DNA of 64,000 nt from Octopus sinensis. Lineage: Eukaryota. Of the stretch, positions 1 through 12,060 are shown piece by piece. The DNA lies in the NCBI RefSeq assembly GCF_006345805.1, contig NC_043002.1:56792001-56856000 (forward strand), in the 5' to 3' direction. The notes beneath the pieces are model-generated. The model did no database searches and was not told the origin of the DNA. It worked only from the letters and a program-made list of their open reading frames with translations. How positions within the stretch are numbered: position 1 is the stretch's first letter; each line of letters starts with the position of its first letter. The translations under genes were made by a program, and so were the position numbers.

Positions 1-29
1 CTGTGTGTGTGTGTGTAGATATGTACTTG

Positions 30-60
<31 letters not shown>

Positions 61-61
<1 letters not shown>

Positions 62-2149
62 TCATCATCATCATCATAGTTTAACATCCGTTTTCCGTGC
101 TAGCACGGGTTGGATGGTTCGACTGGGGTCTGGGAAGCACCAGAAGGCTGCACCAGACCCAGTCTGATCTGGCAAAGTTTCTGCAGCTGGATGCCCTTCC
201 TAACGCCAACCACTCCATGAGTGTAGTGGGTGCTTTTTACGTGCGAACCAGCACAGGTGCCAGATGAGGCTGGCAAACGGCCATGATCGGATGGTGCTTT
301 TTATGTGCCACCAGCACGGAGGCCAGTCAGGGCTGCGCTGGCAACTGCCACGTTCGGATGGTTCTTTTACATACCACTGACACTGGTATCACAGCTACAA
401 TTTCCATTGATGTTGATCGATTTCAATTTTGATTTTGATTTGATTAGATTTTCACTTGCCTCAACAGGTCTTCACAAGTGGAGTTTTGTGTCCCAAGGAG
501 GAATGGTATGCATAAGTGGACTGGCTACATCCCAGGTAGAGGCCACAGGTTATGGCCTCACTTATCCTGCCAGGTCTTCACATGCACAGCATACTTCCAT
601 ACTAGCGCAAACGTCTCGCTTGCACACCACAACTGATGCTTCTTAGGTCCAACTTTTCTCTCAAGGTACTTACACTCTGTCGAGTGTGAACACTGACATT
701 ACACATCCATCGGAGCATACTGGCTTCATTTCTTGCGAGCTTACGCATATCCTCAGCAGTCACGGCCCATGTTTCACTGCCATGTAGCATGGCTGTTCGT
801 ACACATGAGTCATACAGTCTGCCTTTTACTCTGAGCGAGAGGCCTTTTGTCTCCAGCAGAGGTAAGAGCTTTCTGAACTTTGCTCAAGCTATTCTTACTC
901 TAGCGGTTACACTTTCAGCACCTCCCCCCACTACTGACTTGGTCACCTAGGTAATGGAAGCTATCAACTATTTCTAGTTTTTCTCCCTGGGATGTGGTGG
1001 AAGTTGGTCTCTGCGCATTTTCAGTGTTTATTGCTCCCGAGCATCTGCCACATACAAAAACTATCTTCCTAGTTAGCCTTCCTTTGACATTACTGCACCT
1101 CTTATGTGTCCATAGCTTACACTTGGTGCATCTTGTAGAGTTTCTACCTACACCTTTTCTACAGATCGAGCAGGGCCATCTACCTGAAGGCATTTGTGAT
1201 TTGTCTACTTTCCTACTTATTAGGACTTTGGTTTTAGCTAGGTTGACTCTAAGGCCCTTCGATTCTAATCCTTGCTTCCACACCCGAAACTTCTCCACCA
1301 GTTCTGATAGTGACTCAGCAATTAGAGCAAGGTCACCAGCATAGAGGAGCTCCCAGGGGCATCCTGTCTTGAATTCTTCCGTTATTGCCTAGAAGACTAT
1401 GATAAATAGGAGGGGCTGAGGACTGAACATTGGTGGACCCCTACCTCTACTCTGAATTCTTCACTGTACTCACTGCCAACCCTCACCTTACTAGCAGCAT
1501 CCCTGTACATGACTCGCACAGCTCTCACTAACCATTCATCTATCCCTAGTTTCCTCATTGACCACCAGATAAGGGATCGGGGTATGACTCCTTTGTGTAT
1601 CACCTGATTAACTATACTGGTGACTAGGCTATAGCCGACACTACCAGATATTTTGAGGATTTCTGCAGCAATTCCTGATGGGCCTGAGGCTTTCCCTGTC
1701 TTCATGCTTCTAATTGCCTTAGCTACTAAGGAACTGTCAACTCGGATAGCTGGTCCCTCTATTGGGTCGACATTCGGCAGACTCTCTTTATCCCATTCAT
1801 TTTCTTTATTCAGCAACCTTTCATAGTGGCGTCTCCAAACCCCTCTCTTTGCATCATCATTTAGCGCAAGTGAACCATCATCCATGTGGACACATTTCTC
1901 TCCTACCACATCACGATTTTCTCTCACAGACTGTCTTGCAACATGAAATACCTCAAGTCTTTGGTCATCACGGCGCAGAACATTGGCAAATTTTTTCTTA
2001 TCTGCTTCCCCTCTGGCTAAATAGATCTATCTCCTAGCTTCTCTTTTGGCAGTCTGATACAATTCCCTGCTACCACCATTTTTCCAGTCCTTCCAAGCCT
2101 GTCTCTTTTCTCTAATAGCCCTGTCTAAAGCATTGTTCCACCACCACGT

Positions 2150-2152
<3 letters not shown>
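61..2152 (-). mobile_element. 5'-truncated, decayed RTE-clade LINE (RT region, 3'UTR with ~62-bp units, (GAT)n tail)
   Basis: Minus-strand ORF pieces 1397-1927, 915-1298 and 602-790 give RTE-type RT text (RSLIWWSMRKLG, GVHQxSVLSP, PWELLYAGDL, FHYLGD, LHGSETWA). The 3' end is GTGGTTGGCGTTAGGAAGGGCATCCAGC...(GAT)n at 61-77. (TA)n lies on both sides. Confidence 0.92.
558..2148 (-). pseudogene. Disrupted RTE ORF2 (reverse transcriptase) remnant
   Basis: Frameshift near 1410 (LSP then out of frame), an in-frame TAG near 1390, and catalytic YADD reads YAGD (~1335). The apparent original stop TGA is at 560-558. Two internal deletions are inferred from the RTE consensus. Confidence 0.88.

Positions 2153-2196
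<44 letters not shown>
2153..2196. repeat. (TA)n microsatellite (representative of many TA, GT/CA, ATT, CAT and TC tracts in the window)
   Basis: Direct reading. Confidence 0.97.
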
Positions 2197-2198
<2 letters not shown>

Positions 2199-3635
2199 TG
2201 TACATAAAGCATATGTACAGTATGCAAGCATTTCAAGCTCATCTGTGATGGTGCCACATAAAAAGCATCCAGCCATAGAAACCTTACCAAGACAAACAAT
2301 GGAACCCAGTACAGCTCCTGTGACACACTCCAACCCTTGCCAGCATGGAAAATGGCTGCTAAATGATGATGACAACGAGGATTGCATATATACATATGGA
2401 AGCCTGTATACATTCCCTGCATATACAACCATATACCATGCATCTGTACACGAACATGCATGGTTATGGAGAAGTACTACATGTTCTTAAGTACACACCC
2501 TGCTAAGTGTATGTATACCATTGCAGGCAGATATGTGAAAATGTATGCACTCACTGTTACCATGCATATATATACACACATATGTGTGTGTGTGTTTATA
2601 TAGGTATGTACAGATCTGTAATATAAGAGAACAGTATAGGCACAAACAGTTAACCACAAATACACAGGACTGAATAAAAACCCTGATATGTGAATGCATC
2701 TTTCTACATGCAATCATAAAGGTTGGTTTAGGGTTCTATTATCTGTGAGAATGTGTGTAGTATTTGAATAAAGAGGCGTTTTTGAACCCCTTATATGGAT
2801 GTTAAGGCTCTGAGTTCAATCCTGCTGTGTGACATCTTGAGCAAGTGCCTTTAGCGTAGCACCATGTTTCGGTCTTGTGAGTTGTGAGTGACTTTCAGTA
2901 AATGGGAACTGTGTGGATTCTGTTGAATGGGTCATGCCTGGAATTCAAATATCCAACCTTACTGCTTAGTATCACATTGATTTTACTTCATTAAGGATAC
3001 ATATTTCTGTGGAATACTCAACCAGTTTCCATTGCTAATTCAATGCAGTTGATTGAATAACTGGACTTTCATACATTGAAGTAGAAGGAAATCATCATCA
3101 TCATGATGACCACCACCACCACTGCTTAAAACTGTTGCTTATATGTCTCATAACTTATATTTACTAGGGTCAATATAATCAAACCGATGAAGGTGGTGTC
3201 CCTGCATGGCCACAATCCAATGACTGAATGTAGTAAATGAATAAAAGAAAATATATCATACATGATTTATAATACTTGTTTATCAGTCAATATGTCTTAC
3301 TCATGATGGAAATAATCTTGTTTTAATAATAATAATAATAATCTTTTCTACTCTAGGCACAAGGCCTGAAATTTTTGGGGAGGGACCAGTCGATTAGATC
3401 GACCCCAGTACGCAACTGGTACTTAATCTATTGACCCTGAAAGGATGAAAGGCAAAGTCGACCTTGGCGGAATTTGAACTCAGAACATAACAGCAGACAA
3501 TAATAATAATAATAATAGGAATAATAGGAATATCTGTTATAATTATAAAAGCTTGTCTTCCATCTCATTTCAAAGTTTAGCACTCACACATCTTTATAAG
3601 ATTTTATGTCTAGATTATGTCTTCAATTGTGTTCC

Positions 3636-4207
3636 CAGTGATTCTCAACCATTTTCTGCCTATGGACCCTTTCAGTTCCTATATTACTCTACTGAACCCC
3701 TATAGCCATTTTGCTGTTTGAAAAAAAAAAAAAAAAAAACTCTATTACATTTTTATAATTAAGTGTTAGGAACTGTTAAAATACCTTGTATTATTGTAGA
3801 AGTATGAGCAATTTATGAAGGTACATGGCTTAGTGGTTGGGACATTCGGCTCACGATTGTAAAGTCATGAGTTCAATTCCTGGCAATGCGTTGTGTCCTT
3901 GAGCAAGACACTTTATTTCACATTGCTCCAGTCCACTCAGCTGGCAAAAATGAGTAGTATCTGTATTTCAAAGGGCCAGCCTTGTCACACTCTGTGTCAC
4001 ACTGAATCTCCCTGAGAACTACATTAATGGTACACGTGTCTGTGGAGTGCTCAGCCACTTGCACGTTAATTTCATGAGCAAGCTGTTCTGTTGATGGTAT
4101 CAGCTGGGACTCTCGTCGTCATAACCAATGGAGTGCTTTAATAAGCAATTTACTGCAGATAAACTTTCACAACAAAATCTTAATTGGACCCCTATTGGGA
4201 ACCACTG
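3636..4207. mobile_element. hAT-like MITE interrupted by a SINE
   Basis: Left end CAGTGATTCTCAACC and a degenerate right end ...GGGAACCACTG. The body matches copies at ~30789-31021, ~25880-25918 and ~49485-49540. Confidence 0.6.
3817..4140 (+). mobile_element. tRNA-derived CORE-like SINE with target-site duplication
   Basis: A-box TGGCTTAGTGG, B-box GAGTTCAATTCC and CORE-like GTGTCCTTGAGCAAGACACTT. TSD is ATGAGCAATTTA (3804-3815) / ATAAGCAATTTA (4141-4152), 11/12 identical. Confidence 0.8.
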
Positions 4208-4760
4208 ACAGAATAATTAGTGTTAACAGGACAATAAATAGAAACTAGTGCAATATTTAAGTTACTGCACCCCCCTCCTCATCTCATACAAATAAATATG
4301 TTAGAATATTATCTTTTACTTGTTTCAGTCATTGGACTTAGGCCATGCTAGGGCACTGTCTCAAAGGATTTTTAGCCAAACAATCAACACTGATTGTCAA
4401 GTGGTGTAGTGGGGACTAACATAAACACACACAAACGTTGGGTTTGCCCATAGCTTTTGCCATAGATGCCATGCAGTGAAACTGAACCTGAAACGACAAA
4501 ATTGCAAAATGAGCTTCTTAATGACACAACCATGGCTGTGCCTAGTTCTATTTCAGATGACTTGTGGATGGCTTGCATGCAACAATTTTGTGTAAACCAA
4601 CATTCTCAAAACGACCAATGATTGTCAGAATCTTTTAAAGCAATTTAACTAAAACATGGTTGATTAATGGGTTTATATTTATTTTAGAAATGAATAAACT
4701 TGAGCAAGGTTGGGTGTGGCTCTGAGTAACGTGTTTGTGTGTGTATGCGTGTGTGCGTGC

Positions 4761-4818
4761 ATGCTAATGTCTCTAATTTTCTCTACGTATTAGTTTATCT
4801 GAAGGAAGAAAGGTAGTA

Positions 4819-4849
<31 letters not shown>

Positions 4850-4877
4850 GTATATATATATGTATATATATATATAT

Positions 4878-4944
<67 letters not shown>

Positions 4945-4950
4945 ATATAT

Positions 4951-4995
<45 letters not shown>

Positions 4996-5059
4996 TATAT
5001 ATACTACCTTTCTTTCTTCAGATAAACTAATACGTAGAGAAAATTCGAGACATTAGCAT
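4761..5059. mobile_element. Foldback/MITE: 59-bp inverted repeats around a (TA)n core
   Basis: 4761-4819 and 5001-5059 are reverse complements with 2 mismatches in 59. Confidence 0.8.
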
Positions 5060-6995
5060 ATATATATATAAATAAATAAATAAAAGCTCTTTAGAGACGT
5101 TCTTCAGACTAGAAAATTAGGAAATGTAATTGAGGCTTGTGTGGTTAATGTTTAATTTTAAGTTATTACAGTTTGGTATTTTAGAAGGTAACATAGGTAG
5201 GAATGTTTAAAGTTTCATTTCTCAGGGTGATAGATTGCACAGGCTATTTATTATGCAAGATGGCTAATGAGAGGGAGAAGAGAAAATTGTGAGTGACAAG
5301 AAAGGAATGAGAACAGATCTTCATGTGTGTTTTTGGCTTTTGAAAATACAGTACAAGCAAAGGTCTCAGTTGTAGAAAGTCATTGTATTGATATGTTTAA
5401 GAGCAATTTCTTTTAAGTAAAATAAGTACTGTTTTGAGTCCCAGGACTGGTTTTCATGGCATATAAATGAGTGAGACCTAAGAATTCCTCCTGGTCAGGG
5501 TGCTAGTCCATCACCCGGTTGCTCATCTACAGACAAGTGGTCTGGAGTGATGTGAGCTGAAGTATTTTGCTCAAGAATACAACTCATCACTCAGTCAGGG
5601 AATTGAAACTACAACCTTGTAATTAATTGTAAGGGCAAACCCCCAACCACTAAGCTTTCACAGTTTTTTTATGATATGGAAGAAATTTTGGAATAAAAGC
5701 AATAAAACATTCTAATGAAAAATAATGTTTTTGTCAAATTAGGAAAACTAATAAGCCTTAAGTAGATAAATGTTGGTTTGTAATTAGCAGCTCTTGGAAA
5801 TACATGGAAATTCTTTCTGTCATTGCACACACACACACACACACAAAAAAGGGGAAGGGGTTTATTTTCTAGAAAATAGTTATTTCGTAAAAGTCTCTGA
5901 ATTTATAAAGAAAGAAATATAAATTGTCTGCTGTACTTTTATCAAGTGTGTTTGAATGATGGATTGATTGCTGACTCAAATTGCCCAGCCGTTTTAGTTT
6001 GACTCTATGGCACCACATTAAAGAATTTAAGAACCTTAACGTTTCAAATAATGTTACAGAGAAAGATATATTAATATTCTCTTTTCTTGCATTTGTTGAT
6101 AATTGATCATTTTTGCAATTTTCATGTCGATGTACCTGTAATCCTGAAAATTATATCATTAAGCATTGTTATTTCAGTAAAAAATAATAATAATGATAAT
6201 AAAAACTTATTTCTGTTGTTTGTGTAAATTTTCAAATTATTGATTTTAGTTAGCTTTAGGGCATTTCTTCTTTCTGCCAGTTTCTGTTGAAGATTTAACA
6301 TTGCTGTTGCATTAGTTAATATATTATTATTATCATATAGCTGCAAGAGGTTTTTTACAAGACTATATTTTACTTGTTGTTTATGCCGATGGGAATATAT
6401 AAAAACATACGAGTTCTAATTATGAATGGATGATATTTCCTTCATATCAAACATCAAAATTACTCTCTAAATAAAGTGCTGAGCACAGTTGCAGAATTTT
6501 CTTAATTATAATAACATTATAGTACATTAAGGAACTGGCTTAGAAAAAAAAAGGGGGTAGGGAAACTGGCTTACTGTTTTTAAAGTGTACATTTACTTCT
6601 TAGTCTTTCTTGAAAGTTTGTGGAAGCAAGGTCTGGGAAAACAGACAAATAACAGATCTCTTCAGCATTCACATTATTCTGTCAAATGGAAAACTTAATT
6701 ATTCACATTGTTTTGAATTAATCATAGCTTTGAGATTTTGATGAGGTGGCTTAATTTTTAGAATGATATTGTGGGGTTATTGTGAGAAACCACATCAGTT
6801 CGGTTTGAACATAAAACAAAATATTTTGGCTGGAAGTGGCCAGTTTAAATGTCAAAGGATTAAATGGTCTACCTAATATTGTGTCCTACCTGCATTTAAT
6901 TACTAAGACTTACTTAAACATTCAAATAATGATTTAGATTCTTGAATCCCAAGATTTAAATTTCAAGCAAAGAATAAAAAAATGTTGCTGTAGAT

Positions 6996-7223
6996 TTCAC
7001 TCTTTGGTATTCAAATTTCTCCGTCAAATACAAAGCTTATTTATTCACATTGTTTTGAATTAATCATGCATTATCTTTTAGCTTTGAGATTTCAGTACTC
7101 TGATTGTTTATCTTTTAGAAAGACATTGTAGGTAGGTGTGAGAGGCTGGATCTGGCTGGTTTGAATTTAAAGCAAGTAGAATATTTTGTGCAGATATAGC
7201 CTGTTTAAATGCTACAGGGTTAA
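6996..7223. mobile_element. piggyBac-like MITE family 1 (also ~6657-6864, 27721-28212, 48923-49144, 49654-49873)
   Basis: Copies start with (TTAA)CCCTTTAGCATTC-like ends and finish with AATGCTAAAGGG(TTAA)-like ends. They share a ~220-bp body. Confidence 0.7.
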
Positions 7224-9829
7224 ATAAATGTCTCATCTACCATCAAATTTAAAAGAAAAGAACACTTGAACATATAAAGAAAACGAGAGCTTCCTTACTG
7301 GAAGTAAACTAAATATGAACAGCAAAATAACTGAGTGATGAAGTAGTGACAAAAGCACTATTGAGTGATAAATTAAATTTTTAAAAATGGTGCAATTTGA
7401 TTGCTGCTGCTCCTTATTGTTAAGGTGGCAAGCTAACAGCATGCCGGGCAAAATGTTTAATGGCATTTCATCTGTCTTTATAGTTTGAGTTCAAATTTCA
7501 CTGAGGTCAGTTTTAATTTTCATCCTTTAGGGGGTCAATAAAATAAGTACCAGATGTGCACTGGGGTCAATGTAATTGGCTTATCTCGGGCAAAATGCTT
7601 AGCAGCATTTTGTCCATCTTTATGTTCTGGGTTCAAATTTCACCAAGATTGACTTTGCCTCATCCTTTCGGAGTCAAGAAAACAAGTACCAGTTACATAC
7701 TGGGGTTGATGTAATCAACTGACTTCACTCACTCCAAATTGCTGGCTTTGTGTCAAAATTTGAAACTGATATTGTTGTTGTTAATACAACATTGCCCATC
7801 ATATGATGGATAATTTTGGAAATATATTTTTGCTACCATGCGTAATGTCAAGAAATGTAACACGCATCCAATAATTACAATTTAACTGTCTTCAAATTTC
7901 TTGGTGTTTATACAAATTGATGAAAGGAAAATATATCTATTACCTTAAAATGGATTTAAATAAAGCCAATTTCTCATTTGTATATTTGCAATAAATAATA
8001 TGATAATATTTTTCTAAGTTTAATGAGCATAATCCCAATTTTCTCCATCAAAAACCCGTCTCTGCAAAGTCTGAAATCCTCCATCGTTTACTCACTCTCT
8101 TCATCCATCTCTATTTCTGTTTTTGACTTTGTGTGTGTGAGAGAGAGACACACCATTCCTTTACTCATTACCTACCACCTCATTCTGCACCTCTTATATC
8201 AACTGTTTGTATCTTTCTCCCCGTCCCCCACTCTCTAAATGATGTGAAACATGACTAGAAAAATTATTCAACTAACCAACAAACATTTATATTTGCAATT
8301 ATTATTATATTGGCTCCTGTGCTGGTGGCACGTAAAAAGCACGATCCGAACATGGTCAATGCCAGTGCCCCCTGACTGTCTCCTGTGCTGGTAACATATA
8401 AAAAGCACTAACCAAACGTGATCGGTGCCAGGGCTTCCTGACTGGCTCCTGTGTTGGTGGCATGTAAAATGCACTCACTATAGTCTCAGAGTGGTTGGCA
8501 TTAGGAAAGGCATCCAGCTGTAGAAAAATTGCCAGATCAGATGTGGAGTGTGATGCAGCCGCTGGCTTTCCAGATGTCAGTTGAACCGTCCAACCCATGC
8601 CAGAATGGAATACGGATGTTAAACAATGATGATGATGAAAGATAATTTATATAAAATGCATGTTGTTTGTGTATAATTCAATTAGCTCATTATTTAGCAT
8701 TTAATGCTTTAAAAAAAAAATTACAATACCAAAATCTCACCAATGAAAACCCAACCCTCATTATAACTTCTTTCTGTATGAATTAATCCCACCGTCCCTT
8801 GTTTAATGCTTGGCTATTTGGAAGCAGTGGCATCATGAAATCAAGGTATTCCTCACTTTCATTGCCATTGTAATAAAGGAATTTATTCAAAATGGTTACG
8901 AATAAATCCTCATTGATGCATTCATTACACAAGTTCACAATCTTAATGCTTCCAGAGTGAAGAAAGATCAACAAATATTCTTCTCCAGGGCCTCAAGGCT
9001 ACAAGTTGATTCCTTCATTTGTTAAACAGAACATCTAATCAATACGCTTACTGATGAGAACTGCTTCAGTGAATGCAAACACAAAGAAATATTTCAGTTA
9101 AATAAGAAATTAAATTAAGCAAAAGACACCTGGTAGTAAATAAATAGCGCATACTTTTATTGTCTTTTTTATCGTTATACTTTTATTAATTTTTTTAGCA
9201 GTCTTTAAATTTTCATTTGAAGAGTAGCTTCTAATTCTTCTCGCAAATTAGTGTTTATATAGAAACTTTGAAACTTTTCATTATTGTGAATCTTCAATCT
9301 ATACTTCGTGTTTAGTAGGTTTATCATTTGTGAGTGTATGTATACATGATGTAAACGTATGTATAATATATATACATGTATGTGTATAAATACATGTATA
9401 TATGTGTGTCTATGTATGTTTATATTTGTGTATGTACATGTATGTATGTATCCACACTATCTACTCATGCAATTCGTTGTTTAATAGAGTATCATTGCCA
9501 ATGTATTGGGGATGACGACAACGATGGTAGTGGAGGACTGATCAAAATACACTCGTATCAAGTTACTCCAACCCAAAGCACCTTTGGATAGACTGGAATG
9601 TAGACAGACATATACAGGCTATTAAATTGTAAACACCTATCAGACATTGAACTTTACAAGGTGGGCTGGAAACAAAAAAAATGTACCTCAGACAAGATTT
9701 TTCATTTCTGCAACCAGTGAAAGGACTGGATCTCATGACTTCACCAATTTCCCTTTTGTCCAATTGGCATGGCTATGCATAGATTAGGAAGAAGTATCAA
9801 TATATATATATAGCCTGGTGTTTGTGTGG

Positions 9830-10250
9830 AAGTTAAGTCACTTCCTCAATGACTTCAGGTCACTAGATATAGATGTGGTTACCATCAGTGGAAGAATAAT
9901 TTCTTGTAGGCACAGACTCAAGCACATTTTTAATGACTATGAAATGTAGTCATCGGGTGGCAAAATGGGTTGGAACTTGAGGTACCGATGACATCTTCTT
10001 GAACCCAGGTGGTAAATATGTGGTAGCAAAGTCAGTGCATTCAGACTAGTGACTGGCTGCCTCAGCCAAAGTAGGATGATTGGATTTCCTCAAGTGAAAG
10101 TTCCTGGAAAAGCTACTCAAACATTTCCAACTGTCCAACAGATACTAACTGGATGTTCTGAATGTGACTGTATTGGTATTGAGCAAGCACAGTAGAATAT
10201 CCAGATTGTCCTGAGATAGTTTTTATTAGGTCAATAGTGTGTCCACATTT
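9830..10250 (+). pseudogene. Possible L1/Tx1-like APE endonuclease relic
   Basis: A hand translation (HFLNDFRSLDIDVVTIS...IFNDYEM*) resembles the N-terminus of L1/Tx1 endonucleases. It contains stops, and the match is from memory only. Confidence 0.35.
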
Positions 10251-10574
10251 TGTCATTTAGCTATGCAGACCACAAATTTCTGATCTGCACAATCAAGTAT
10301 GGGACCCATTGGTAGTATTTTCTTCCCTTCCTTCGGTGTGCAAAAACATCAAGAGACCAGACAACAGATACTCTGTAAAAGTGGTTGATGATAGGGTGGG
10401 TAGGATGAGTATCCAGCTGTAGAAACCAAGTCAGAACAAAGCCTATCTGCAGCAATCTGTGAAAGTAGTACTTCCCATTAGGAATTGATCTGGACTGTGA
10501 TGACCCATCCAACTTAAGCCATGTTTAGCAAACAAAATGATGATGAACTTTAATAACAACAACAGCAAAAGCTA

Positions 10575-10745
10575 ACCTTTTCCAGACCAAATTCCATTCT
10601 GATGTCTGTGCTAAAGTAATGCACTGAATGAATCCTTGTACTCAACTGGTTTTTGTCCTTCTCATAAAGCTGCAGGTCATTCATAAAAAGTGGATGATTG
10701 ATCTTATCTTTCCTTTCTTTGAACTCATTCGCAGCTTTTGTTCTT
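10575..10745 (-). pseudogene. R4/Dong-like non-LTR RT fragment
   Basis: KINHPLFMNDLQLYEKDKNQL...IRMEFGLEK resembles the HLLYMDDLKLYAK...IGMEFGLDK RT motif of RLE-type elements. Confidence 0.7.
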
Positions 10746-11682
10746 TTCCACATTCAAAGGCTGCAGTTGTCATACACAAGACAAAAAGCAGATGGTGACA
10801 GGGCTTCATTTCATGTTTGATTTCATTTATTATTTTATTAGGGTGGTTAACTCGCACAATTGTTACCACATTGGACAAAATGCTTAGCAGCACTTCATCC
10901 AGCTTTGCGTTCTGAGTTCAAATACCACCGAAGTCAACTTTGGCTTCCATCTTTTCAGGGTCAATGAAATAAGTACCAGGCCTTGTGCCTATTATAGAAA
11001 GGATTATTATTAAGTTGGTAAGTTGGCAGAATTGTGAGCCAACCAAACAAAATGCTATGTATTTCTTCTGACACTTTAAATCCTGCTCATGTGATCATTG
11101 CATTTCGTCTTTTTGGGCTCAATAACATAAAGTACCAGGGGGGTAAGGGGTGGGGATCTCAATGTAATTGTCTTACTCACTCCTCTCAAAGTTACTAGCT
11201 AAAAATTAAAACCATTACTGTTTATGTAAATCCCTTCTGTCTTTGTATTGTCTTAAATGTTGTGATCCTTGTGGCCTTGGGGTTGATATAATCAACTTGC
11301 CCTCTCTCCTCAAAATTTCAAGCCTTCTACCTATATTAGAAGGAATTATTATTATTATTATTTAAGGCGTTTAACTGTATCCAATATTGTGATGTTGTTG
11401 ATTGAAGATATTGTGTCTATCAGGTGTGTGTGTGTGTGTGTGTGTGCGTGCGCGTGCGTGCGCGCTGTCTGTCTGTCTGTCTGTCTGTCAAGTCACAAGG
11501 ACCTCAGACTGACAGTACTTTACGCAATGTGTGTGTGTAGTTCTAAGTGATGCCAAGTTTTGCAATACACCTAGATAGTAGGGTATTTCCAAAGTTTCCA
11601 CATGTTCCTTCAGGTTGGGTGGAATTGAACCCAATGCTCTGATGTCAACAGGGACAACCTTTATGTTTGACTCTTGTAGCTG

Positions 11683-12060
11683 TCACATCTTAGCAATCTC
11701 AAATCTCAGGTCTCCATATTCATCAATCTTTTCTCTTTCTTTCATGATATGTTGATCTCCTGGCACTACCACGTTGATTATTAGGCACTCTTGTTTGTCC
11801 CTCCTAAAGGTTGCTATATTTGGTCTTCTATGCTCTAACACCTTGTCTATCTCGAAGTCAAAATCCCAGAGGATTTTTGCTTTCCCCTTTCTGTCCATTA
11901 CCTTTTCCGATGTATGTTGGTTCCAAGCACCCGTTACCTTGTATCCATACTTCTGGCATAGTAGCCAGTAAAGGTTTTGGGCTACCTTGTATCTGCACTT
12001 GTACTCTTTCTGCGTAAGTCTTTCACAAGCACTAACAATGTGAGTCATGCTTTTGACCCT
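11683..12060 (-). pseudogene. R4/Dong-like restriction-like endonuclease (RLE) C-terminal fragment
   Basis: THIVSAC..L.QKEYK...KILWDF...RRPNI...ECLIINVVVPGD...EKIDEYGDL matches the HIxSxC / RPDI / D..P / K..KY layout of RLE domains. Confidence 0.8.

Noticed and set aside
305-646. Plus-strand ORF of 113 aa and similar ORFs at 994-1344, 1762-2037 and 24823-25335
   Set aside because: These are antisense or off-frame readings of the RTE element and its 62-bp repeat.
2027-2717. ORFs rich in YI/CV/HT dipeptides (also 4848, 34001, 41350-41862, 43450, 53539 and others)
   Set aside because: Translations of TA, GT and CA microsatellites.
6122-6346. Minus-strand 74-aa ORF with a protein-like stretch (NLQQKLAERRNALK)
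   Set aside because: No recognisable homology, no convincing splice sites, and very AT-rich.
8783-8992. Minus-strand open frame (GPGEEYLLIFLHSG...KGRWD) in non-repetitive-looking sequence
   Set aside because: Bounded by stops with no ATG start or compatible acceptor found, and no recognised family. A tBLASTx search would settle it.
9050-9100. CTGATGA at ~9051 as another hammerhead; also checked 21749, 40745 and 55013
   Set aside because: No stem II followed by GAAA in register.
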